44,345 nucleotides of DNA. It comes from an uncultured Planctomycetaceae bacterium. GTDB lineage: Bacteria; Planctomycetota; Planctomycetia; Pirellulales; UBA1268. Shown here piece after piece: positions 21,710 through 29,915 of this stretch. Each line of letters opens with the position of its first letter. Position 1 is the stretch's first letter. The translations under genes were made by a program, and so were the position numbers. The stretch is from assembly GCA_903885855.1 (NCBI GenBank), contig CAISKG010000437.1:1-44345 (forward strand), written 5' to 3'. The notes under the pieces are model-generated. The model was not told where the DNA came from. It was given only the letters and a program-made list of their open reading frames with translations, and searched no databases.

Positions 21710-22714
21710 GTGCGAATCGCAATCGTCAACGACGTCCGGGCGGCCACCGAGGCGCTGCGCCGCGTCGTCACCGAGTCCACCGACCATGAGATCGCCTGGA
21801 TGGCGGCCGACGGCGTGGAGGCGGTGGCGATGGCCAAACGCGACCGGCCCGACCTGATCCTCATGGACCTGCTGATGCCGCACATGGACGGCGTCCAGGC
21901 GACGCGCGAGATCATGCGAGTGGCCCCCTGCGCCATCCTCGTGGTGACGGCCACCGTGAGCGGCAACATCTCGCTCGTCTACGAGGCGATGGGCCACGGC
22001 GCGCTCGACGCGGTGGACACGCCGATGCTCGGCCCCTCCGGCGAGCATCACGGGCGCCAGGCCCTGGTGGAGAAGATCGCCACGATCGCGAAGCTGGTCG
22101 GTCCCGGGGCCGACGCCCGGCGGCTGGGACGGTCCGGGCCGCCGTCCGGCCCCCCGAAGCTCCTCCTCATCGGCGCCTCGACGGGCGGCCCGAAGGCGAT
22201 CGCCGGGATCCTCGCACCGCTGCCGGCCGATTGGAACGTCGCGGTGATCGTGGTGCAGCACGTCGACGTCGCCTTCGCGCCGGGACTGGCCAAGTGGCTC
22301 GGCGACCAGACCGGCCGTCCGGTGCGGGTCATCGAGGAGGGGCACCGCCCCGCCGCCGGGGACGTGCTCGTCGCCGGCACCAACGACCACCTGCTCTTCA
22401 CCAAGGAGCGGACGCTGGTGTACCGCGAGGAGCCGAAGCAGATCTTCTTCCGCCCCAGCGTGGACGTCTTCTTCTGGAGCGTGGCGGAGTACTGGCCCAC
22501 CCCCGGCCTGGCGGTGCTGCTCACCGGCATGGGCTCCGACGGGGCCAAGGGGCTCCTGGCACTGCGAGCGCGGGGCTGGCACACCGTCGCCCAGGATCAG
22601 GCCAGCAGCATCGTGTGGAGCATGCCCAAGGCGGCGATCGAGCTCAACGCGGCCTGCGAGGTGCTGCCGCTGGAGGGGATGCCCGCCGCGATCAACGCGA
22701 AACTGCGGGGCTGA
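21710..22714 (+). CDS. cheB: CheB-type protein-glutamate methylesterase with an N-terminal receiver (WspF-like)
   Basis: GTG start with GGAGGA 7 nt upstream. REC domain: RIAIVNDV...DLILMDLLMPHMDG. Esterase motifs: IGASTGGPKAI, VVQHVD, LTGMGSDGAKG...AQDQASSIVWSMPKAA. Confidence 0.9.
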   Translation: MRIAIVNDVRAATEALRRVVTESTDHEIAWMAADGVEAVAMAKRDRPDLILMDLLMPHMDGVQATREIMRVAPCAILVVTATVSGNISLVYEAMGHGALDAVDTPMLGPSGEHHGRQALVEKIATIAKLVGPGADARRLGRSGPPSGPPKLLLIGASTGGPKAIAGILAPLPADWNVAVIVVQHVDVAFAPGLAKWLGDQTGRPVRVIEEGHRPAAGDVLVAGTNDHLLFTKERTLVYREEPKQIFFRPSVDVFFWSVAEYWPTPGLAVLLTGMGSDGAKGLLALRARGWHTVAQDQASSIVWSMPKAAIELNAACEVLPLEGMPAAINAKLRG

Positions 22715-24170
22715 CCCCCGCCTCGATCGCGCGCATCGCCTCGAGCACGACCGCCTCCCCGACCCCGGGACGACGGTCGAGCGCCACGACCTGCACGCCG
22801 ATCGGCAGCCCCGCGCTTCCCTCGTCGGTGCGACGGGCCAGACGCCGAACCGGGTCGGGCGACCAGGGCCGGCCCCGCTCCTCCCCCGCCTCCACGCGCG
22901 TCACCGGGACGCTGCCCGCGGCCAGATCGACGAGGTTCGCCAGCAGGCACGGGGCCGCGGCCACCACGAGGCTGGCGGCGGTGCCGTGCCGCAGCGCCGG
23001 GAGGGCGGACACCGGACAGACGATCACGTCATGGCGGTCACGCCACGCCTCGACGACCGCCTCGATCCCGGCCCGATCCGCGAGCGCCCGGGCCAGGCGG
23101 CGGCCGCGCCGCGGCCCGGTGCGCCGCAGGGCCGCCCCCTCGATGCCGCGCCCCGTCCACACGCAGGCCCCGGCCAAGATCCGGCGCAGCACCGGGTGGA
23201 AGCCCGCCAGGGCGAGCAGCCGCTCCACCGGCGGGATGGGACGCTCCCCGCCGAACAGGGAGCGGACGTCATTCCCACCGTCGGCCGAGACCAGCGCGAG
23301 ATGGATCCAGGCGGCCTCCGCGGCGGTCGCCGCGTCGAGCCGCTCGACGCGAGCGCCCGCGGCGCGCAACTGCTCCACCGCGATCCGCACGCCCCGGCGC
23401 ACCGCGGGCGAGGGCTCGAGCGGCCCCGCCTCGTCCCACCACGCCACGCGCAGCGGAGCCGGCGGCGGCGCCGCCTCCGCGGTGCCGATCGCCTGCCAGC
23501 CGGCCGCCACGTCGGCCACGGTCCTCCCCAGCAGGCCGGCCCGGGAACGCTGCCCCACCAGGCCGGGCATCGTCTCGAACGCCCCGCCGCGCCCCAGCGA
23601 GGCGGCCCGGGGGAGAAGCGCCGCCACGCCGCACGCATGCGCCGGCTGCCGGATGCTGCCGGCGAGATCGTTGCCGATCGCCAGCGCCACGCAACCCGAG
23701 GCGACGAGCGCGGCATCCCCGCCGCTGCTGCCGCCGGGACCGCGCTCGGCCGCGTGTGGATGGATGGTCCGCCCCCAGACCGGATTGTCGGTCTCGTGGA
23801 GGTACATCGCCTGCGGCACGTTGCCCTTGCCGAGCAGGATCGCGCCGGCGGCGCGGAGCCGCGTGACGATCGCCGCGTCGGCCTCGTCGCGGCACCCACT
23901 CCGCGACCGGATTCCCAGCGTGGTCTTCAGGCCGCGCACCGGGAAACACTCCTTCACGCTCACCGGCACGCCGGCGAGCGGCCCGCCGGGCGGCACCGCG
24001 GCGGCCTCGCGCCGGGCATCGTCGAAACGCGGCTGCACGAGGGCGTTGAGCCGGCCATGCGAGGCGCGGCAACGATCGACGTGTTCGTCGACGACCTCGG
24101 CGGCGGTCCTGCGCCCCGCCCGCACCGAGGCCACGATCGCCGTCACGCCGTCCGGAAGGGCGTCGCCCAT
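22692..24170 (-). CDS. Amidase-signature (AS) family amidase
   Basis: GGSSGG signature (GPGGSSGGDAALVASG), catalytic-Lys context VPVSVKECF, and GNDLAGSIRQPA. Start taken as the ATG at 24170 (MGDALPDGVTAIVASVRAGRRTAAEVV). A GTG at 24212 is an alternative. The 3' end overlaps the cheB 3' end by 23 nt in convergent orientation. Confidence 0.85.
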   Translation of the reverse strand: MGDALPDGVTAIVASVRAGRRTAAEVVDEHVDRCRASHGRLNALVQPRFDDARREAAAVPPGGPLAGVPVSVKECFPVRGLKTTLGIRSRSGCRDEADAAIVTRLRAAGAILLGKGNVPQAMYLHETDNPVWGRTIHPHAAERGPGGSSGGDAALVASGCVALAIGNDLAGSIRQPAHACGVAALLPRAASLGRGGAFETMPGLVGQRSRAGLLGRTVADVAAGWQAIGTAEAAPPPAPLRVAWWDEAGPLEPSPAVRRGVRIAVEQLRAAGARVERLDAATAAEAAWIHLALVSADGGNDVRSLFGGERPIPPVERLLALAGFHPVLRRILAGACVWTGRGIEGAALRRTGPRRGRRLARALADRAGIEAVVEAWRDRHDVIVCPVSALPALRHGTAASLVVAAAPCLLANLVDLAAGSVPVTRVEAGEERGRPWSPDPVRRLARRTDEGSAGLPIGVQVVALDRRPGVGEAVVLEAMRAIEAGVSPAVSR

Positions 24171-24192
24171 CGATGCCACCCCGCGCGCGTGC

Positions 24193-25839
24193 TCACTGGT
24201 CCGCCGCGGCACCGGCCGCCGGCGCCCGCGCCGGCGCTCCGCGGATCGCCGACACCCACATCGTCGACGGATCGACGATCACGCCCGCCACGAGGATCCT
24301 TTCGCCGACGGCGACCCCGGGGGACGCGCGGCAGAGGAACGACACGCGCCGCACCTCCTCGGTGCCCACGCTCAGCGCGCCTCCCCACCACGGCCCCACG
24401 GCGCGCAGCTCCTCCAGCCGCCCCACGAGGACCGCGCCGTCGCTGGGCCGCGTCGCACTGGCGAGCCACATGGCGCCGAGCGATTCGAGCGTCTCGGCAT
24501 GTCCGGCGGCGAGGCGCTCGGCCAGCGGCTCGAATCGCGCGCCCGCCGCCTCCAGCGCACCGTCCGGCCCGCGTTCGGCGGCGGCCAGCAGGGCGGCCGC
24601 TTCGGCGAGATCGCGGTACCAGGCGACGAGGATCGTGGGGTCGGCGTCGGGGGTGGTCGACCCGGCCAGGCGATCCGTGGCCTCGAGCGCCGCGGTGACC
24701 CGCTCCCCGAGCGGCCCCGGCGCCGCGGGCGCGCGAATCGCCTCGATCGGCGGCGGCTCGACGACGAGCGTCGCCTCCTCCGCGGCCCCCGCGCCCGTCC
24801 CGGGATCGGCGGCAGGCTCGGGCCGGGCGCCGTCCAGGGGGGGCAGGGTCGAACCGTCGGCGCCGTCGGCAGCGGCGGGCTCGTCGGGCACGGTCGCCGC
24901 GAGCGAGTCGAGCCCGGCACGGGGTGCCGTCGCCCTGCCGTCGTCCCTCCGCGGGCTGCCGCGGAACTTCGAGGGGAGGAGGAAGCGGAGTCCGGCGGGC
25001 ACGTGGCGGGTGACCTGGAAGGGATCGCGCTGGAATCCCCACAGCAGGATCACCTGCGTCACGGGGAGCGCGAGCATCCCGCCGAGGATCACGCCGATGA
25101 GTTGGCGACGCATGGCACCGCCGTCGTCGCGGGGCGCCGCGCGGCGGGCTTCCGTGGCTCCGGCGCCCAGGTCGAGCCCCTCGAGCGTCGATTCACCGAT
25201 GCCCTGGGAGTCGCCCGCGAGCGAGTCGCCGGTCCCCGGCTGCTCGGCCCCTTCGGTCGACGCCAGGAAGGCGCTGAAGCCGATCGACTCCGAGGCCGCC
25301 TCGTCGGGGGCCGTGGGCTGCATATCCCGCCATTCATCCGGGTCGGCCGGCCCCTCGGAGGCCGGCGGGACGCCCGGGGGATCGTCGGCTTCGGCCGGCG
25401 GTGCCGCCGGCTCCTCCAGGTCGGAGCCGTCTTCGGCCAGGATCCAGCGCGAACGGGCCGACCGCATGCCGGCCGACGACGCCTCGGAAAGGATGTCGCT
25501 CGGCGAGAAGATCCCCGAGTGGCCGGTGCCGATCTGCACCTGCGAGGCGTGCGACGCCGAATCCTCCCCCTCGCCGGCGCCGGGTGACCTGGTCCCGGAG
25601 CCCTCCGGCCGGGCCGCGAGCGGCTCGAACGCGGGGGCGTCGGCGGCGCCGTCGTCCTGCGCCTGCCATCCCTCCGGAATGCCCTCGATCCGCGATCCGG
25701 CGGCGGAGGGCGGCGGGGCCTGGTCGGCTCCCGGGAAGGGATCGCCGCCGATGCCCTCCACCGTCTCGTCGGCGGGGCCGGAGGGATTCCGGCCCGCCCC
25801 GGTGTCGTCGGAATCCCCGCCCTGCGGATCGTCGCACAT
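24193..25839 (-). CDS. Hypothetical single-pass membrane protein with a long acidic low-complexity N-terminal region
   Basis: ATG at complement of 25837-25839, with GGAGG 6 nt upstream. About 270 aa of D/E/G/P/A-rich sequence, then one TM helix (LIGVILGGMLALPVTQVILLWGF), then a C-terminal domain of about 250 aa. The track's 917-aa version would overlap the opposite-strand PIG-L gene. No family recognised. Confidence 0.6.
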   Translation of the reverse strand: MCDDPQGGDSDDTGAGRNPSGPADETVEGIGGDPFPGADQAPPPSAAGSRIEGIPEGWQAQDDGAADAPAFEPLAARPEGSGTRSPGAGEGEDSASHASQVQIGTGHSGIFSPSDILSEASSAGMRSARSRWILAEDGSDLEEPAAPPAEADDPPGVPPASEGPADPDEWRDMQPTAPDEAASESIGFSAFLASTEGAEQPGTGDSLAGDSQGIGESTLEGLDLGAGATEARRAAPRDDGGAMRRQLIGVILGGMLALPVTQVILLWGFQRDPFQVTRHVPAGLRFLLPSKFRGSPRRDDGRATAPRAGLDSLAATVPDEPAAADGADGSTLPPLDGARPEPAADPGTGAGAAEEATLVVEPPPIEAIRAPAAPGPLGERVTAALEATDRLAGSTTPDADPTILVAWYRDLAEAAALLAAAERGPDGALEAAGARFEPLAERLAAGHAETLESLGAMWLASATRPSDGAVLVGRLEELRAVGPWWGGALSVGTEEVRRVSFLCRASPGVAVGERILVAGVIVDPSTMWVSAIRGAPARAPAAGAAADQ

Positions 25840-26013
25840 GCTCTGCCTCCGACGCCTCTGGTCGACGTCCGCGCCCCGATCGATCCATCGTACCACCCCG
25901 CCATCGCCGCGAGACGCCGCGGGGGCGGCGGGCCGGGCGGCGCCATCGGGGCAGGGTATGCTTCCCCGCGTGGCGGCCGGCCGTGCCGCCGGATCACCGC
26001 AGGCCCGCGCCCC

Positions 26014-26712
26014 ATGCTCGACGCCCTGGTCATCGCCCCCCACCCGGACGACGCCGAACTCGGCATGGGGGGCACGATCGCGCTGATGCTCCGCCGGGGG
26101 ATGCGCGTGGGCGTCCTCGACCTCACCGACGGCGAGCCGACGCCGCGGGGAGACCGGGAGACGAGGGCCCGGGAGACCGCGGCGGCCACCCTGGCGCTGG
26201 GGATCGAGTGGCGCGAGAACCTCGGCCTTCCCAACCGCCGCCTCCGCGCCACACTGTCGGCCCGGGGGAAGCTCGCGGCCGTCATCCGCCGAACCCGTCC
26301 CCGCTGGCTGTTCTCGCCACATTGGGTGGACGCCCACCCCGACCACGTCGCCGCCACCCGCCTCGTCGACGCCGCGCGATTCTGGGCGAAACTCGTGAAG
26401 TGCGACCTTCCCGGCGACCCGTGGCACCCGCAGCGCGTCTACCACTACGCCTGCGTCCACCTCAAACTCGCCCTCCGCCCCGCCTTCGTGGTGGACATCA
26501 CCGACACCTGGGACGTGAAGCGCCGCGCCCTCGAATGCTACGCCAGCCAGTTTCCCCCGCCGCGGCCTCCGGGATCCCCCGACGCCCCCACGGTGCTCGA
26601 GCGCGTGGAAGCCGCGGCAAACTGGTGGGGCGCGACGATCGGGGTCGCCCGCGGCGAAGCGTTCACCGCGCGTGAACCGATCGGACTGCGGGGTTTCGGC
26701 GACCTTTGCTGA
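26014..26712 (+). CDS. PIG-L family N-acetylglucosaminyl deacetylase (LmbE/BshB-like)
   Basis: VIAPHPDDAELGMGGT metal-binding motif, HPDH motif, and a length of 232 aa. Confidence 0.85.
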   Translation: MLDALVIAPHPDDAELGMGGTIALMLRRGMRVGVLDLTDGEPTPRGDRETRARETAAATLALGIEWRENLGLPNRRLRATLSARGKLAAVIRRTRPRWLFSPHWVDAHPDHVAATRLVDAARFWAKLVKCDLPGDPWHPQRVYHYACVHLKLALRPAFVVDITDTWDVKRRALECYASQFPPPRPPGSPDAPTVLERVEAAANWWGATIGVARGEAFTAREPIGLRGFGDLC

Positions 26713-26728
26713 TCCCGACGGCCGACTC

Positions 26729-26749
26729 GCGCCGCTGCGCCTGCGGCGC
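26729..26749 (+). terminator. GC-rich hairpin after the PIG-L gene
   Basis: 7-bp stem GCGCCGC/GCGGCGC with a 7-nt loop, 17 nt after the stop. No U-tract. Confidence 0.3.
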
Positions 26750-26920
26750 AAGATGCGCGGGCGGGCGCGGGGCGGATGGCCGTGGCAGCCCCGCGAGATG
26801 GCCCGATGGCACCGATTCGTTCGGCGTCGCGGGGAATCGTCAGGGGAACGGCAGCGCCGGGCCGATACCCCAGCAGCGGTAGCGAGTCTCCTCTTCTCCT
26901 CGTCCGGGAAACGACCGCCC

Positions 26921-27154
26921 ATGCCCGCCCGCGACATCAACGTCATCGCCCTGGTGAAGGGGGGGGAACGCTACGTGTTCCTGTTCGACGATGCCAGCCG
27001 CGCGGAGGCGCTGCGCACGCTGGGCCGGTTCGCGGCCGATCCCGACCTGAGTTTCTCCTGGCACGACGCCGCTGTCCTCGGCGAGAAGGTCCGCCACTCC
27101 GAGGCCCGGGTCAACCGCATCCGCTCGGTGCCCCCGGCCGACCGCACCGCCTGA
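26921..27154 (+). CDS. Small hypothetical protein (77 aa)
   Basis: The internal ATG at 26921 gives MPARDINVIALVKGGERYVFLFDDASRAEALRTLGRFAADPDLSFSWHDAAVLGEKV..., which has a non-degenerate composition. It ends 16 nt before xerC on the same strand. No family recognised. Confidence 0.5.
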   Translation: MPARDINVIALVKGGERYVFLFDDASRAEALRTLGRFAADPDLSFSWHDAAVLGEKVRHSEARVNRIRSVPPADRTA

Positions 27155-27170
27155 CGCCGCGGGCCCCGCC

Positions 27171-28091
27171 ATGGCCGTGCCGCCGGACGCCGAACTGGCC
27201 CCGTTCCTCCCCGCGATCGACCGCTTCCTGCGATCGATCACCGCCGAGCGTGGGGCGTCGCCGTTCACCGTGAAGAGCTACCGCGAGGATCTCCTCCAGC
27301 TCGCGCGGTTCCTCGTCTCCGCCGGTGTCGGCAACCCCGCCGAGGCCACCTCGGTGATCCTGCGCCGCTTCGCCGGCAAGCTGCACGAGGCCGGCTACGC
27401 CCCCGCCACCGTGGCCCGCAAGCTGGCGAGCACGCGCAGCTTCTACGCCTTCTGCCAGCGCGAGGGGCGCGTCACGGGCAATCCGGCCAAGCCGCTGCGG
27501 GGACCGAAACGAGCGCGGACGCTGCCCCGCTTCCTCACCGGCGACGAGATCGGGCGACTCCTCGCGGCGCCCCGCCCGGACCAGCCCGGCGGGACTCGCG
27601 ACCGGGCGATCCTGGAACTGATGTACTCCGCCGGCCTCCGCGTGCGCGAGTTGGTGGGGCTCGACGACGCGGATCTCGACCTCGCCGGCAGCACCGTCCG
27701 CGTCCGCGGCAAGGGGCGGCGCGAACGCCTGGGCATCGTCGGCCGCCACGCCCGCCGGGCCATCGAGGCCTGGCTCGCCGCCCGTCCGCGCCACGCCACC
27801 GGCTCACGCACCGTGCCCCTGTTCACCAACCGGCTCGGCACGCGCCTCTCGGTGCGCGGCGTGGCGCGCCTGCTCGAGAAGCACCTGCTCACCGCCGGAC
27901 TCGCCGGGCGGGCGAGCCCGCACACCCTGCGGCACAGCTTCGCCACCCACCTCCTCGACGCGGGGGCCGACATCCGCAGCGTCCAGGAGCTGCTCGGCCA
28001 CAAGAGCCTGGTCACGACGCAGATCTACACGCACGTGACCACGTCGCGCCTCCTCGAGGCGTTCGATCGGGCCCACCCGCGGGCGCGATGA
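27171..28091 (+). CDS. xerC: Tyrosine recombinase XerC/XerD family
   Basis: N-terminal SAM-like core-binding domain (FTVKSYREDLLQLARF, TVARKLASTRSFYAF). Catalytic residues lie in ELMYSAGLRVRELVGL, HTLRHSFATHLL and LLGHKSLVTTQIYTHV. No flanking repeats or cargo genes suggest a mobile element. Confidence 0.85.
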   Translation: MAVPPDAELAPFLPAIDRFLRSITAERGASPFTVKSYREDLLQLARFLVSAGVGNPAEATSVILRRFAGKLHEAGYAPATVARKLASTRSFYAFCQREGRVTGNPAKPLRGPKRARTLPRFLTGDEIGRLLAAPRPDQPGGTRDRAILELMYSAGLRVRELVGLDDADLDLAGSTVRVRGKGRRERLGIVGRHARRAIEAWLAARPRHATGSRTVPLFTNRLGTRLSVRGVARLLEKHLLTAGLAGRASPHTLRHSFATHLLDAGADIRSVQELLGHKSLVTTQIYTHVTTSRLLEAFDRAHPRAR

Positions 28092-28139
28092 CGCGGCTTG
28101 CCGGCCGCTTCCGGCGCCCCTCCGCGTGCCGGACGGGCC

Positions 28140-28772
28140 TCAGACGAGTCCGCGTCGCACCGCCCACACCGCCGCCTGCGTGCGGTCGGTGACGGCGATC
28201 TTGCGGAGGATGTTCTGGACGTGCTCCTTCACCGTCTCCACGCTGATGGTCAGCGACTGGGCGATCTCCTTGTTGGAGAGGCCGAGGGCCATGTGGCGGA
28301 GAACCTGCGTCTCGCGCTGCGTGAGCGGGATGTCGGGATCGGGGGTCGCCACCCGGTTGGCCATGGTGGTGGCGACGCGCCGCAGTTCGCCGGCGCGGGC
28401 GGGCAGCTGGCCGGCCGCCGCGCCGGTGATCGCGGCGATGATCTCGGCCCGCGACGAGCCCTTGAGGATGTAGTCGTGGGCCCCGGCGGCGACCGCCCGG
28501 GCGATGTAGGTCGGGTTGTCGAACGTGGAGAGCATCACCACCCGCACGCCCGGCATCTCGGCGCGGATCTTCTCGAGGGCCGACAGGCCGTCCTTGCCCG
28601 GCATGCGGATGTCGAGGAGGACCACGTCGGGCTTGAGCTTGCGGACCGTCCGGCAGGCTTCCTCGCCGTTGGCCGCCTCGCCCACGATCTTCACCTCCGA
28701 GCCCGACAGCAGGCTGGCCAGCCCACGGCGCACGACCTCATGATCGTCCGCGATGACGACTTTGACCGACAT
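28140..28772 (-). CDS. NarL/FixJ-family response regulator (REC + LuxR HTH). No kinase gene is adjacent.
   Basis: ATG at complement of 28770-28772, with GGAGGAG upstream. REC domain: KVVIADDHEVVRRGL, phospho-acceptor context DVVLLDIRMPGKDG. HTH domain: LTQRETQVLRHMALGLSNKEIAQSLTISVETVKEHVQNILRKI. Confidence 0.88.
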   Translation of the reverse strand: MSVKVVIADDHEVVRRGLASLLSGSEVKIVGEAANGEEACRTVRKLKPDVVLLDIRMPGKDGLSALEKIRAEMPGVRVVMLSTFDNPTYIARAVAAGAHDYILKGSSRAEIIAAITGAAAGQLPARAGELRRVATTMANRVATPDPDIPLTQRETQVLRHMALGLSNKEIAQSLTISVETVKEHVQNILRKIAVTDRTQAAVWAVRRGLV

Positions 28773-28933
28773 GCAACGCTCCTCCTGCGATCCACAGGGC
28801 CCCTGAACGATCCGGAATCCCAAAAAGCGTACCTGACACGGAGGGGATGAACAACACTCCGGAACGCGGCGGTCCCGCCCGCGGCATCGACACGATCGAC
28901 GCCGGGCGCGGGGGGTGCGTGCGATCGGAGGGC

Positions 28934-29890
28934 TCAGTGGAGACCGCGGCGATCGCGAGCGCGAGCGGCCGCGAGCAGCTCCTCCGCGCCGAGCGCGAGC
29001 AGCGCCGCGGCGGCCCGTCCCCCCACCTCCTCGGGCGGTTCGCCGGCGGCCGCGCTGACGCTCGTCACGATCCGCTCAACCCCCTCGCCGCGAGGTCCGA
29101 GGACGCACGCCCCGAGGCCGAGCCGGCCGTCCACCTCCCGCGCCCAGGCGCCGACGGGCGCCAGGCAGCCGCCGGAGAGGCCCGCGAGGCAGGCACGCTC
29201 CGCCCGCACGGCGGCGTGGGTCGGAGGATCGTCGAGCGTCGCCACCACCGCGCGCGACACGGCGTCGTCGGCACGCGTCTGGATCACGAGCGCCCCCTGC
29301 CCGATGGCCGGCCAGAATCGCTCCGGACGGAGCACCTCCGAGATCCGCCCGGCGAGTCCGAGCCGCTCGAGCCCCGCCGCCGCGAGGATGACGCCGTCGA
29401 ACGCCCCGGAGTCGAGGCGCGCGAGGCGCGAATCGACGTTGCCGCGCAGCGCCCGCACGGCGACGTCGGGGCGCAGCACCGCCAACTGCATCACGCGCCG
29501 GACGCTCGACGTGCCGACGACGGCTCCCGCGGGCAGGCCAGCGAGCGTGGGGGCCGACCGGCCGACGAAGGCGTCGAACGGCGTCGCCCGCCGCGGGACG
29601 CTCGCCAGCACGAGCCCGTCCGGCACGACGGTGGGGAGGTCCTTGAGACTGTGGACGGCGGCGTCGATGCGACCGTCGAGGAGCGCGCGCTCGAGTTCGC
29701 GCACGAACACGCCGTCGCCGCCGCCGATCCCGGCGATCGGCACGTCGGTCGCGATGTCGCCGCGGGTCGAGATCGCCTCGATGGTCACCGCGTGACCGAG
29801 GCTGCGCAGCGCATCGGCGACGTGGCCGGTCTGCGTCCGCGCGAGCACGCTGGCACGGGTGCCGATCCGCAGTGCAGACGATCCAGGCAT
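28934..29890 (-). CDS. hemC: Hydroxymethylbilane synthase (porphobilinogen deaminase)
   Basis: LRIGTRASVLARTQT, GVFVRELERALLDGRIDAAVHSLKDLP, RGNVDSRLARL, and the cofactor-Cys context LSGGCLAPVGA. The ATG at 29890 is preceded by GGAGGAA. Confidence 0.9.
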   Translation of the reverse strand: MPGSSALRIGTRASVLARTQTGHVADALRSLGHAVTIEAISTRGDIATDVPIAGIGGGDGVFVRELERALLDGRIDAAVHSLKDLPTVVPDGLVLASVPRRATPFDAFVGRSAPTLAGLPAGAVVGTSSVRRVMQLAVLRPDVAVRALRGNVDSRLARLDSGAFDGVILAAAGLERLGLAGRISEVLRPERFWPAIGQGALVIQTRADDAVSRAVVATLDDPPTHAAVRAERACLAGLSGGCLAPVGAWAREVDGRLGLGACVLGPRGEGVERIVTSVSAAAGEPPEEVGGRAAAALLALGAEELLAAARARDRRGLH

Positions 29891-29915
29891 CCCGCGTTCC
29901 TCCACGCCATCCCGC

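Noticed and set aside
24193-26946. A 917-aa ORF read as one gene.
   Set aside because: Its first 360 or so codons run antisense through the PIG-L deacetylase gene (26014-26712) and the divergent intergenic region. An internal ATG at 25839 with a GGAGG SD gives a coherent protein, so only 24193-25839 is called.
27171-28091. XerC-family recombinase as a mobile-element or phage integrase.
   Set aside because: It has the full XerC/D-type architecture and length. It is flanked by housekeeping genes, with no inverted or direct repeats, cargo or phage genes visible.
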